A stretch of DNA of 64,000 bases from Escherichia phage sutha: sequence record PV245934.1; one strand, given 5' to 3'. Within the stretch, counting starts at the first letter, position 1. Every line of letters begins with the position of its first letter. Positions 28,683 through 38,712 of the stretch are shown piece after piece. The notes below the pieces were generated by a model. That model had not been told where the DNA came from and ran no database searches. It was given only the letters and a program-made list of their open reading frames with translations. A program made the position numbers and the translations under genes.

Positions 28683-31379
28683 TCAGCCAAACAGGAAGTC
28701 TAACGAAGCTTTTTCTTCATAGTCCATGCCAGCCGATTCACACATACCCGCAAGCGGTTTAACAAACGATTTTTGGAACAAAGTTGAGTGGTCAATCCAA
28801 GATAGCACATCAGAACGAATTTCTTTTGGAAGTTCTGTACCCGATGGCCAAGCAATGCACTTGTCACCAAATGGATTTCCTTCACGTAATGGAAGAACCA
28901 TTACTTTATTTCCATCCAAAATTGGAGCTACACCCAGACCACTAACAGCTCGACGATAAGTTAGCACACCGCGAATATGGAACGGGCATTTAAATCCTGG
29001 CCAACCTTTATCATCATATTTCGCTATATCGTTCGCAGTTTTTACTTCAGCAATAACTTTATAGTCAAGTTGACGATATTCTTTCTCGAAGTTCTTGTAG
29101 TATTCTTGGACAGACTCTTCACCTTCCTGAAGAATACGACGAATACTTTCTTCGAGAGCTTCTTGCACTGCTTTTGGTGTTGAACTCTGCTGAGTTTCCA
29201 TACCCATGATTTTTAGATGCGGTTCAGCAAATCGCTTATCTTCCATATCATAAACGTTCAGAGCATAACGCTTTTTCGCTTTCCAAAATCCACCAACGCC
29301 CTTTGAACCAAGTGGAGGGCAAGAAATAGCTTCACGGTCCATATGCATCAGATGCTCGCGGTTATTCATATAATCACATAACTCACGATATGCAACATCA
29401 ATCATAGGTTCCATCTTTTTCTTACCGAACTGATTCATGAATTCAACTAAATCGTTCTGCTCTTTGAATCGGTCAAGACCAACTTTTTCAATAACTTTAT
29501 CTACACAGACATATACCGAATCAGTATCACCTGCTGCGATAAAATCTTCATCATTAGTTCCACATACTTTATTCAGATATTCATTAATTTTACGAGCAAT
29601 CCACTGAATACCAACTTGGCCGAAAATTGTGATAGCAGTAGCATTTCGCAAATCATAGTAACGGAAATGAATATTACCAAGAGCACCATAAAGACTGTTA
29701 ATAAGAATTTTACGGTTCAGCTGATTTGTATTAGCAAGTGTAGCAGCTTTTTCACATTCTTCAATCAGACTATTGAGAACAGATTCAGTATAATTCGATA
29801 GTTCATTTAAGAAATCATCACTGAACTTAACATATCGTTCAACTTCTGGTTTAGTTGAACAAGACCCTGCGCCTTTCATAATAATCTTTTTAATAGCTTC
29901 GGCATTCATTTCTTCAGCGAACATTTTCTTTTTCCAGTCTTTACGCTGGAAAAATACTTTAGCGATTTCCTTTGGAATGATACCTTCTTGATGCTTATCA
30001 TACATCCATCCATTCGGAGAACAAGAATATTCATCACTCGGTTTAGGAGCTGTTCCTGCGATATATTCATGAATTGGATGAACTTTAAACTGCCCACGAA
30101 TAGTCTCAGGACTAATGTTAACCTGACGAATAATGCTCGGATACAGAGACGTCAAGTCAAAACTCATAATATATCGACGAGCAATTGGTTTAGGTTCAAA
30201 CACAAATGCACCCGGAAAACTCTGTTTAACGTGCGAACCCTGTTGAGGAATAACCTTATGTTCACCTTTCAATGAGTTAAAAATAATAGCATCCCAAGTT
30301 TTAATAGGACTCATTACACCGGAAAAAGGCATTTTAGCGTAATAAGACATACTTAAAACTAGATCGATAAACCCGCGAATTTTATCAATTGCTTGAACTG
30401 ATTCTACGTCAATGATGTTATAACTAATGTATCGTTGATGATTAGTCTCACGAAGTTTATTAATAGGACCATCGTACGGTAATTTACCTTTTTTGGTTTC
30501 ATGTTGAGCAACTGATTCCAAAGAGAATGACGGCAAATTAGTAAATGCGAATTTCTTATACAAATCTAAATAATCAAGAATAGATACGCCATCAATAGAA
30601 TAAATTTCTTTGCTACCGTACACATTTTGAATTAGTTTAGATTTTACTCGACCGATTGGAGAGAAACGTTTCATACTACGTTCACCGAGAACCATTTTAA
30701 CGCGATTCATGATATACGGAACGTCAAACCCCTCAATATTCCAACCAGTAAAAATGGCAGGTCGTTTCTGTTCCCAGAGATTGATATATTCCATGAGCAT
30801 ATCACGCTCATTATCAAATGGCATATAAATTACTCGGTCAAGAATTTCTTGAGGAACTTCATCACCACCTTCACAGTCAAGCTTAGCAGCTAACTTTGCA
30901 TCCCATTTTGATACTGAACCGTACATTGAATTCAACAAATCAAAGACGTAAAAACGATCGTCAATTGAATCATAATGAGTGATAGCATCAATTTCATATT
31001 CTGCTTTCATTGGGTCAGGAAATTTATCACCAGTAACCTCAATGTCACAGTTAGCTACACGAACAAATTTTCGGTCATAAACAATTTCTGAACCATATGT
31101 ATCACTGATATAAGCGAGTTTAAAATCGTTCATACCGAGAGCTTCGAGACCGATGTCTTCCATTCGCTTCATCCAGTCTCGTGCATCTTTCATTGATGGA
31201 AATTTTTGAGGAGCGCAATTTTTACCATAAATGTCTTTGTATTTTGACTCTTCCTTACAATGCCTAAACATAGTCGGAAGATATTCTACTTCACGAGTAC
31301 GTTCCTTTCCGTTTTCATCAATATAACGCTCAACAATATTATTTCCGACTGTTTCGATAGAGATATAAAATTCTTTCAT
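28683..31379 (-). CDS. 43: DNA polymerase gp43 (family B)
   Basis: 898-aa ORF; exonuclease and polymerase motifs (DTDS); size equals T4 gp43. Confidence 0.95.
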   Translation of the reverse strand: MKEFYISIETVGNNIVERYIDENGKERTREVEYLPTMFRHCKEESKYKDIYGKNCAPQKFPSMKDARDWMKRMEDIGLEALGMNDFKLAYISDTYGSEIVYDRKFVRVANCDIEVTGDKFPDPMKAEYEIDAITHYDSIDDRFYVFDLLNSMYGSVSKWDAKLAAKLDCEGGDEVPQEILDRVIYMPFDNERDMLMEYINLWEQKRPAIFTGWNIEGFDVPYIMNRVKMVLGERSMKRFSPIGRVKSKLIQNVYGSKEIYSIDGVSILDYLDLYKKFAFTNLPSFSLESVAQHETKKGKLPYDGPINKLRETNHQRYISYNIIDVESVQAIDKIRGFIDLVLSMSYYAKMPFSGVMSPIKTWDAIIFNSLKGEHKVIPQQGSHVKQSFPGAFVFEPKPIARRYIMSFDLTSLYPSIIRQVNISPETIRGQFKVHPIHEYIAGTAPKPSDEYSCSPNGWMYDKHQEGIIPKEIAKVFFQRKDWKKKMFAEEMNAEAIKKIIMKGAGSCSTKPEVERYVKFSDDFLNELSNYTESVLNSLIEECEKAATLANTNQLNRKILINSLYGALGNIHFRYYDLRNATAITIFGQVGIQWIARKINEYLNKVCGTNDEDFIAAGDTDSVYVCVDKVIEKVGLDRFKEQNDLVEFMNQFGKKKMEPMIDVAYRELCDYMNNREHLMHMDREAISCPPLGSKGVGGFWKAKKRYALNVYDMEDKRFAEPHLKIMGMETQQSSTPKAVQEALEESIRRILQEGEESVQEYYKNFEKEYRQLDYKVIAEVKTANDIAKYDDKGWPGFKCPFHIRGVLTYRRAVSGLGVAPILDGNKVMVLPLREGNPFGDKCIAWPSGTELPKEIRSDVLSWIDHSTLFQKSFVKPLAGMCESAGMDYEEKASLDFLFG

Positions 31380-31398
31380 AGATATTCCTTAGTTTATA

Positions 31399-31418
31399 GC
31401 CCGAGTTATTAGGCTCTT
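31399..31418 (-). promoter_or_regulatory. gene 43 translational operator hairpin (DNA polymerase autoregulation site)
   Basis: mRNA reads GAGCCUAAUAACUCGGGCU then AAGGA SD and AUG; matches the T4 gp43 operator hairpin with AAUAACUC loop as I recall it. Confidence 0.6.
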
Positions 31419-31427
31419 GATATATTA

Positions 31428-31445
31428 TACTCCAAATAAGGGGCC
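31428..31445 (-). terminator. CUUCGG-type stem-loop between regA and gene 43
   Basis: + strand aaggggccgaagcccctt. Confidence 0.55.
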
Positions 31446-31457
31446 GAAGCCCCTTGC

Positions 31458-31826
31458 TTAATTACCAATCGTATATTTAGGAACGAGTTTCCATTCATGT
31501 TTTTGTTTAAAAGAAATAACTCGGAAGTTATTAGTTAAATCTTTCATAAAAGTTCTTTGACCAGGGACGATTTCAATCAGTCCCCAATCTTCTAATAGCC
31601 ATGCAATCGAATCACGACGAACTTCATCTTCTTCTGTCATTTCAACTTGGCGACCATCCATACGAAGCATTTCTTTAAAATGAACGATATAGTATAGTCC
31701 TTTTTTCTGAAGAATATGACAGGACTGATACAGAACTTTATCTTTATTATTAGCAATTCCCATACGAGTCAAAGTTTCTTTTACTTTCAGAAAATCTTCA
31801 GGTTTTTTAAGAGTAATTTCAATCAT
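31458..31826 (-). CDS. regA: translational repressor RegA
   Basis: 122-aa ORF MIEITLKKPEDFLKVKETLTRMGI...; size and position as T4 RegA. Confidence 0.85.
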   Translation of the reverse strand: MIEITLKKPEDFLKVKETLTRMGIANNKDKVLYQSCHILQKKGLYYIVHFKEMLRMDGRQVEMTEEDEVRRDSIAWLLEDWGLIEIVPGQRTFMKDLTNNFRVISFKQKHEWKLVPKYTIGN

Positions 31827-31827
31827 T

Positions 31828-32391
31828 TTACCATTTCAATGCTAGTTTTTTGAGTTGTTTCTGTTCTTTTACGTTCTTAGTCACTTCTTTCAAAAAATCA
31901 TCCGTGACTAAACCTTTTAGTTCTTTTAATACTAAAGGAAGTTTTCCATTTTTAGTAAGAATTGATTTATAGTTAATTGCATCATTTGTATTAACTTGAT
32001 ACCGCTTAGCAAGTAACTTAATAATCAATACTTCGGTAGAATCTTCAACCAGTTTTGCCCATTTACCATATCTTTTACCACGAGGAACTGCAGCCATCAG
32101 ATAATTAAAATGAGCTTCATCACTTAAACCTGATCCAATTAAATTCATAGCATATACAGCTGGCATGCATTCAGGAAATTGTGATAATGCATTCTCAACC
32201 ATGTATTTTGAATAATCTTTTTGAGCAATAGAGCATTTAGTTTTATTATTAATAGCTCCAATTATTTCAAAAAATTCATTTTCAGCTTTTTCTTTAAAAG
32301 AATCAGCAGCGGATTGGACAGCTGTCCAATCTTTTGAATACCAAGCAACTTGATGCTCGTTTAATTGAATATCATCTTCAAATAAGCTCAT
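31828..32391 (-). CDS. 62: clamp loader small subunit gp62
   Basis: ORF 31828..32412 trimmed to ATG 32389-32391 giving 187 aa (T4 gp62 size); ATGA overlap with gene 44 stop. Confidence 0.75.
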   Translation of the reverse strand: MSLFEDDIQLNEHQVAWYSKDWTAVQSAADSFKEKAENEFFEIIGAINNKTKCSIAQKDYSKYMVENALSQFPECMPAVYAMNLIGSGLSDEAHFNYLMAAVPRGKRYGKWAKLVEDSTEVLIIKLLAKRYQVNTNDAINYKSILTKNGKLPLVLKELKGLVTDDFLKEVTKNVKEQKQLKKLALKW

Positions 32392-32392
32392 A

Positions 32393-33352
32393 TCACTTCC
32401 ACTGCATTTCACATGCCAATTGAATGAAAAGATAAGCTAGATGCAATTCAGTATTAGCTGCAATACCATGATACTGGTTATTTTCGCCGACAATTTCGTA
32501 CATACGAATAATACTTTGCGGAGTTACGCGTGTATAGATTTCTTCGGCAAGTTTACCTACGAACCACGAATAATCAGCTGCATATTTTGGTGCTAAAGCT
32601 CTGAGTTGTTTAACATCTTTATTTTTGAGAGACTCAAGAACATCATCAATAGCACCACGATCGTTAGTAACCAGTGATAAAATACCAGCATCCAAAACAC
32701 CTTTAGATGAATAACTATCGAGCTCGCCAATAGTTTTACGAAAATCAGGAAAATTCTTTTTAACCAAAGCCGCTACAACTTTCATATCAGCTATAGCAAT
32801 TCCTTCATGCTTGCAGATTTCAGTCAATCGACGAATCATCTGCTTCATCATTTCAATTTTATCTTCATCGGTCGGTTGACCGAATGTAATAACTCGGCAG
32901 CGTGACTGAAGCGGTTTAATAATACCATCAATATTGTTAGCAGTAATAATAATACTACAGTTTGAACTATAAGCTTCCATAAAGGAACGAAGATGTCGCT
33001 GAGACTCTGCTAACCCTGAACGGTCAAATTCATCAATAACGATTACTTTTTGACGACCATCAAATGAAGCTGCACTGGCAAAATTAGTCAAAGGACCGCG
33101 AACGAAATCAATTTTACAATCTGATCCATTCACAAACATCATATCAGCATTTACATCATGACACAATGCTTTTGCTACAGTTGTTTTACCTGTTCCTGGA
33201 GAAGGAGAATGAAGAATAATATGTGGAATCTTACCTTTACTTGTAATAGATTTAAAGGTTTCTTTATCAAAGGCGGGAAGAATACATTCATCGATAGTAG
33301 ATGGACGATATTTCTGTTCAAGAATGTGTTCTTTTTCATTTACAGTAATCAT
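32393..33352 (-). CDS. 44: clamp loader large subunit gp44 (AAA+)
   Basis: ORF 32393..33367 trimmed to ATG 33350-33352 (SD GAGGA) giving 319 aa; Walker A GTGKT, Walker B VIDEFD. Confidence 0.9.
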   Translation of the reverse strand: MITVNEKEHILEQKYRPSTIDECILPAFDKETFKSITSKGKIPHIILHSPSPGTGKTTVAKALCHDVNADMMFVNGSDCKIDFVRGPLTNFASAASFDGRQKVIVIDEFDRSGLAESQRHLRSFMEAYSSNCSIIITANNIDGIIKPLQSRCRVITFGQPTDEDKIEMMKQMIRRLTEICKHEGIAIADMKVVAALVKKNFPDFRKTIGELDSYSSKGVLDAGILSLVTNDRGAIDDVLESLKNKDVKQLRALAPKYAADYSWFVGKLAEEIYTRVTPQSIIRMYEIVGENNQYHGIAANTELHLAYLFIQLACEMQWK

Positions 33353-33385
33353 AATTTCCTCATTCAAGTTTTAGTGTAAATTATA

Positions 33386-33403
33386 AAGGGCCGAAGCCCT
33401 TTA
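33386..33403 (-). terminator. CUUCGG-type stem-loop between genes 45 and 44
   Basis: + strand aaagggccgaagcccttt. Confidence 0.55.
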
Positions 33404-34090
33404 TTAAAAATCGTGGGTAGAATCAGCTTCAAGAGCTACTACATAATTCGCGTGTTCACCTTCAAATTTAGCAGCGCCTTGTTTACCTTTTGCCCAGAGC
33501 AGAAGTTTATAATTTCCTGGTTGCATTTTCATATTTGCCATATTGATAATGAAATTAAATGTATTTTCACCATCATAATCACCAAGAGTCAAAGAATATT
33601 TAACACGGGTCAGAGCAGAATCTTCTACTTTATTAAAACCGTTAATTACGATTTTACCTTCTTTTACCGTGATAGCAATTGTATCAATTTGCAGACCACG
33701 AGATACACGCAACAGTTGTTGAAGGTCTTCAGCTTTAATTTCGGTAACAACAGATGCTACCGGGAATGGAATTGGTTTATTAGGAGCAACTACTGTACTC
33801 GGATCGGCTGCTGGCCAAAAAATTGTTGAACGGGCATCAGCAATTTTAATATTTCCATCTTCTGACTGGGAAATTTCTGCATCATCATTAACTAAAGACA
33901 GAATACCGAGAAAACCGTTCAAATCGTAAATTGCTACATCAAAATCAATAACGTCAGAAATATTTGCTTCCGCATAAGTTGTACCATTAACTGCGCGAGT
34001 CATAATAAATTGACCGGATTTAAGCATAATACCGGAGTTAATAGTAGCGAAATTTTTAAGCAGAGCAGTAGTATCTTTAGACAGTTTCAT
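33404..34090 (-). CDS. 45: sliding clamp gp45
   Basis: 228-aa ORF; size and position as T4 gp45. Confidence 0.85.
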   Translation of the reverse strand: MKLSKDTTALLKNFATINSGIMLKSGQFIMTRAVNGTTYAEANISDVIDFDVAIYDLNGFLGILSLVNDDAEISQSEDGNIKIADARSTIFWPAADPSTVVAPNKPIPFPVASVVTEIKAEDLQQLLRVSRGLQIDTIAITVKEGKIVINGFNKVEDSALTRVKYSLTLGDYDGENTFNFIINMANMKMQPGNYKLLLWAKGKQGAAKFEGEHANYVVALEADSTHDF

Positions 34091-34145
34091 GTAATTTCCT
34101 TCAATTCAAATGAGATTTAATTTTATAACTAATTTAATAAAGCAA

Positions 34146-34535
34146 TTAACGATTAAAATCAGCTGCGATTGTTTCAGCAACAATTTGAGCAGCAACAATT
34201 AGACGTTCATCTGCATTACCGCAATAATCATCTTCAAGACGTTCACCGCATGAAGTCATAATAAATTTAGCACCGGCGTTTAGGGATTCTGTAGTATGTT
34301 TGCGCATTAGTTCAATCCATTTATTACTTACTTCACGATCGATAGCTTCATAATACGCATGACGAGCAGGTGCAGATTTAATTTTGTTCTGAATAACTTC
34401 CATTGCGTTATCAGAAAGAGACAAAACCCATGCTCGACGAATTTTATTTTGGTTTTGTGGATTTGATTCAGAACGCACGTGTTTTGGCTGAATATCTTTT
34501 ACGTCAACAGTATAATTCACAGTAATTTTAGTCAT
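34146..34535 (-). CDS. rpbA: RNA polymerase-binding protein RpbA
   Basis: 129-aa ORF at T4 rpbA position and size. Confidence 0.65.
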
Positions 34536-34544
34536 AATACACCT

Positions 34545-34745
34545 TTAGTCATAATAATCAGTAACAGTCCAAGCTTCATTTCTATTGGACATTATTTTTG
34601 TATATTCTGCTTTAAATGCATTCCTAAGCATAGATTCAGTAACTATATGCTCTTCATTAGAAAAATTATTTCTCAGAATATATCGTTTTATTTCAGGAAT
34701 AGTTAATAGATGTTGTCCAGTTGAATATTCCATTTTTTCCTCCAT
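34545..34745 (-). CDS. hypothetical protein (66 aa)
   Basis: ORF in array. Confidence 0.4.
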   Translation of the reverse strand: MEEKMEYSTGQHLLTIPEIKRYILRNNFSNEEHIVTESMLRNAFKAEYTKIMSNRNEAWTVTDYYD

Positions 34746-34787
34746 AGAGATTATACTCTAATAAATTAAAGCATAATCTCTTATAAA

Positions 34788-36470
34788 TTAAACCATTACA
34801 GTAAATCGACCAACTTTCTTCATTTGAAGATGCTGACCATATTCTTGTGGGTCATGGTCTTTATGCGAAATTATAAAAACATTAGTATTTTTCATTGAAT
34901 TTATAATATTAGCTACACCTTTAATACCTTCGGCATCAAATGACCCATCAAACACTTCATCAAGAATTAATGTACTAATACTAACACCAGATACAATAGA
35001 AGCAATATCACGCCAAGTAAATAAAAGAGCAATATCAATTCGTGCTTTTTCACCTTCACTAAATGAAGCATAACTAAAATCTTCACGACCACGGGATTTA
35101 ATGGTCTCATTAAATTCTTCATCTAATGTAAACACATAATCCGCTTCCATTATTTTAAGATAATGGTTAATCTGCTTATTAAATAATGGAATGTACTTTT
35201 TAATAATAGCACCTTTAATACCAGAATCTTTGAGCATATCAGTCAAAATTCCTCGGTGGTATTTTTCCATTACTAAATTAGTTTTTGTCTTAACAATTTT
35301 ATCAAGTTCTTCTTGAAGCAGTGCTATTTCATCAGCATGGTCAATAAATTCAGAAGATGCTTTTTCTATAGCCGCTTTAACCTTTTTAGCTTTATCTACC
35401 GTCGTGATTAGAGATTGCTTTTTATTGCGAATATCATTTGCTAATGACTGTTGGGTTTTAATATTATCTCGGTATTCATCAACAAGAACTTTTAAATTAT
35501 CGCGATGCGTTGAAAGCTGTTCAAACGAATGCGTACATTCAGAAACTTTATCTTTAATTTTAGAAACAACTTTATCACCGGAACTTAATTGTGACAAACA
35601 GGTTGGACATAATCCACCTTCGTGATACATATTAATGACTTTATTATACGAGTCAATTTTTGATTTAATTAAAAATGCTTCTTGACCGATTTTATTAAAT
35701 GCATCAGTCGGGTCTTCATCCAAAACAATATTAACTAATCTTTCATTAGCTTCTTCTATTTCCGATTTTAGCGTTCTAGCTTCTTTTGCTAAATCATCAT
35801 ACATATTCTGCAGACGAGTAAGGTTATCACCAGTTAATTTTTTCTGGCGTTCAACGTTATCATTATATATTTTAATTTGCTGGATAATACTATCTTTTTT
35901 AACATCAAGCACTTGGTTTTGTGAATTTAATTCACGTATTAGTGCTTTATTAAGCTTATCCATTTCAGCTAATGTTCCTACCTCAAGCAGGTCTTCCACA
36001 AGCTTTCTTCGCGCAGGGGTCGACAAACCCATGAAAGGGGTATACCCTGCTGTACCAAGGACAACAATCTGCTTGAAACTGGCATATGACATTCCGATAA
36101 GCTGTTCAAATTCTGCTTGGAAATCTTTACTGCTGGCAGATTCATTAAGACGTGTACCGTTAACGGTGATTTCGAAAACGTTTGGTTTTTGTCCTCTTTT
36201 GATATAGTACTTTTTCTCATCATATTCCATCCACAGTTCAACTAAAAGCTCTTTCTTATTTGTGCTGTTTATTAATTGGCCTTTCTTTACATCACGGAAT
36301 GGCTTGCCAAAAAGCCCAAATGTGATGGCTTCTAACATAGTAGACTTACCACCACCATTTCGTCCAGTAATAAGAGTTTTTTGAACCTTATCTAATTGAA
36401 TGTCAATAGGATTTCCACCTACTGACATTATATTTTGATACCTAACTCGGTTTAGTTTAAAATTCTTCAC
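34788..36470 (-). CDS. 46: recombination nuclease subunit gp46 (Rad50/SbcC-like ATPase)
   Basis: 560-aa ORF, Walker A GRNGGGKS, coiled-coil middle, CPTC zinc hook, Walker B LILDE. Confidence 0.9.
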   Translation of the reverse strand: MKNFKLNRVRYQNIMSVGGNPIDIQLDKVQKTLITGRNGGGKSTMLEAITFGLFGKPFRDVKKGQLINSTNKKELLVELWMEYDEKKYYIKRGQKPNVFEITVNGTRLNESASSKDFQAEFEQLIGMSYASFKQIVVLGTAGYTPFMGLSTPARRKLVEDLLEVGTLAEMDKLNKALIRELNSQNQVLDVKKDSIIQQIKIYNDNVERQKKLTGDNLTRLQNMYDDLAKEARTLKSEIEEANERLVNIVLDEDPTDAFNKIGQEAFLIKSKIDSYNKVINMYHEGGLCPTCLSQLSSGDKVVSKIKDKVSECTHSFEQLSTHRDNLKVLVDEYRDNIKTQQSLANDIRNKKQSLITTVDKAKKVKAAIEKASSEFIDHADEIALLQEELDKIVKTKTNLVMEKYHRGILTDMLKDSGIKGAIIKKYIPLFNKQINHYLKIMEADYVFTLDEEFNETIKSRGREDFSYASFSEGEKARIDIALLFTWRDIASIVSGVSISTLILDEVFDGSFDAEGIKGVANIINSMKNTNVFIISHKDHDPQEYGQHLQMKKVGRFTVMV

Positions 36471-36730
36471 AAAAGATTCCTTTTAATGTATCTTTTAGAC
36501 CATTCTATCATATCATCATAATCTAAAAAGTATTCATCAAATTCAGCCATGCAAACAACACCTTGTGCTGCTTTTGATGTGATATAAATTATTCCAACAT
36601 ATCTAGAATCTTCTTCGGTGTAATCAATATTTGCTATGAATTCATCGTTAATGTCAAATGTCGAAAACTTCACAGTATGCATCCTTAATACAAGATACAG
36701 CCATATCTTGTAATGATTTAGGTGTGTCAT
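36467..36730 (-). CDS. hypothetical protein (46.1 position)
   Basis: 87-aa ORF; 5' overlap with next ORF makes start uncertain. Confidence 0.35.
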   Translation of the reverse strand: MTHLNHYKIWLYLVLRMHTVKFSTFDINDEFIANIDYTEEDSRYVGIIYITSKAAQGVVCMAEFDEYFLDYDDMIEWSKRYIKRNLL

Positions 36731-36917
36731 TATCTAAAATGTTGAAGTTAAAAGATACAGCCCAGTCAGTGCAGACCGTAACCTTTTTAATACAATTATC
36801 TTCAACCTCTAACGGTTCAAACCAATATTCAATAATTTCTTTATGCCCAATATCATCTTTTACTTCGCATTCAAAATGCTGGCTCATCATAACATTTTTA
36901 AATTCATCAAAAGTCAT
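36654..36917 (-). CDS. hypothetical protein (46.2 position)
   Basis: 87-aa ORF. Confidence 0.35.
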   Translation of the reverse strand: MTFDEFKNVMMSQHFECEVKDDIGHKEIIEYWFEPLEVEDNCIKKVTVCTDWAVSFNFNILDNDTPKSLQDMAVSCIKDAYCEVFDI

Positions 36918-37933
36918 TGTGTTGCCTCTACATATAACTGATTTGCATATTGAATAAGTGCTTCACGGTCAGAATCAGTGATGTCTGGAATTGCATTAAT
37001 GTATTCTTCCATCAACGTCTGAAGAGATTGAACTTCAACTTCTTCGCTATCATCTGACTCGACAGAGTTATCAATCTTTGACACAACTCGTAATGAATGC
37101 ACAACTTTTTCTAGTTCAGATTCGAACTTCGTTAGATTTTTGTCTACCTCAGTTACTATAACACGTACTGATAGATTTGTAAAATCTTTATAGTCAATTT
37201 TTCCCTTAAATGGATATTGAATTCGACGATGCCAGGTAGTGTTGTTTGGAATAAATTCCATTCGTTCTGTTTCTGTATCAAACATCCAGAACCCACGAGG
37301 GTCATTCTCGTCACCTGCAGTTAGTGTCCATGGTGTCCCAATATATCTGACGTTAGCAGCCTCAGAGATAGTATGGAAGTGACCAGACCACACCTCTTTA
37401 TAAGTCTTAAGGAAATCAGGTTCAAGACCGTGAGATTTCATTCCTTTATAAAAATAAAATCCATTCAGCTCCCAGTGACCGACACAAAAAGAAGCAGATG
37501 AAGTTTTGATGTGTTCAAGAATTTCACCAGTATTTTCTTCGCACATCCAAGGAATTAAATCAATCAAACATCCGTCAAAATCTACTGTAGTAGGCTTATC
37601 ATATACTTTAACATTAGGATATTTAGCCAAAAGCTCAGTAGAAGCATTTGGATGCATTACATTTTTATAGTGGAGATCGTGATTTCCTACAATAGTATGT
37701 AATGTGATTCCAGCGTCATCAAGCATTTGAACTATTTCACGGGCAAACTCCATAGTTTTATGCGTGATCGCTTTTCGTACATCAAAAATATCACCGTATT
37801 GAATCCATACAGTAATTCCATTTTTCTTAGAATATTCTATCGCTTGCTTAATTCCGTCAAGTTGAATACCGCGAATCCATTCATCATCAGCTTTAACGCC
37901 TAAATGCCAATCACCCAAGTTTAGTATTTTCAT
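36914..37933 (-). CDS. 47: recombination nuclease subunit gp47 (Mre11/SbcD-like phosphoesterase)
   Basis: 339-aa ORF, metallophosphatase motifs GDWH, GNHD; size equals T4 gp47. Confidence 0.9.
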   Translation of the reverse strand: MKILNLGDWHLGVKADDEWIRGIQLDGIKQAIEYSKKNGITVWIQYGDIFDVRKAITHKTMEFAREIVQMLDDAGITLHTIVGNHDLHYKNVMHPNASTELLAKYPNVKVYDKPTTVDFDGCLIDLIPWMCEENTGEILEHIKTSSASFCVGHWELNGFYFYKGMKSHGLEPDFLKTYKEVWSGHFHTISEAANVRYIGTPWTLTAGDENDPRGFWMFDTETERMEFIPNNTTWHRRIQYPFKGKIDYKDFTNLSVRVIVTEVDKNLTKFESELEKVVHSLRVVSKIDNSVESDDSEEVEVQSLQTLMEEYINAIPDITDSDREALIQYANQLYVEATQ

Positions 37934-38534
37934 GGTGTCTTTTCCATCCTAATTTAGCTGCTTTTGAAACTAGTTCTTTAATTTTTCCTTTTGTCCATTC
38001 AGGACCAGGAGGTTCATGACATAACATTTGCTTAACTCCGTTATTATACCATTTTTTACCTTTATTATGCGATGAAGCTTTAAATTTATTTGACCTTCCT
38101 TTTACATAGCCTTCTGGAATATACGGTAAAAAGGCAGATTTTCCTGTTAATGGGTCATGTGAATGTATGTTTCCTTTACAATTATGAGAACCATATAATG
38201 GATGATTTTGTCCTTTAATATCTCTTCCAAATGAACCTTTTGGAGCAGCATATGACATATTAAAGAATAATGGATTTTTAACCGCATCATGCAAACGTTG
38301 ATAATATAACTCACATTTAATAGCTTCTTCGCGCGTATCAAATTCATCTAAAATGCATGAATCAAATAAATGTGGGTTATCTGAAAGTTCTTCATTATAA
38401 ATTTTCTTATACTTTTTAGATAAAACTGATCCATGATATCCGGCTAAATGCCTATCTAAAGATGTAGATCCAATATAAAAAGGAGGAAGTTTATCTCCAC
38501 TATATATTGTTAAATAAGTTATATATTTTTTCAT
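37911..38534 (-). CDS. GIY-YIG family (Seg-like) homing endonuclease
   Basis: 207-aa ORF with N-terminal YITYLTIYSGDKLPPFYIGSTS (GIY...YIG) motif; 3' end overlaps gene 47 start by 23 nt. Confidence 0.55.
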   Translation of the reverse strand: MKKYITYLTIYSGDKLPPFYIGSTSLDRHLAGYHGSVLSKKYKKIYNEELSDNPHLFDSCILDEFDTREEAIKCELYYQRLHDAVKNPLFFNMSYAAPKGSFGRDIKGQNHPLYGSHNCKGNIHSHDPLTGKSAFLPYIPEGYVKGRSNKFKASSHNKGKKWYNNGVKQMLCHEPPGPEWTKGKIKELVSKAAKLGWKRHHENTKLG

Positions 38535-38694
38535 ATATCAAGAACCGTCATTGAAATGCAAAATAAAATTATTGAAATAAATCCATCTGGAGTACTAAAG
38601 AACCCAATCCAACATGCTCTAGTGAATAGATAAAATGCAAGAAAAAGTATCACATATCCAAGAAATATCATTATATCAAACTCCGTATAAAGCT

Positions 38695-38712
38695 AAAGGG
38701 CCGAAGCCCTTT
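38695..38712 (-). terminator. CUUCGG-type stem-loop after alpha-gt
   Basis: + strand aaagggccgaagcccttt. Confidence 0.55.
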
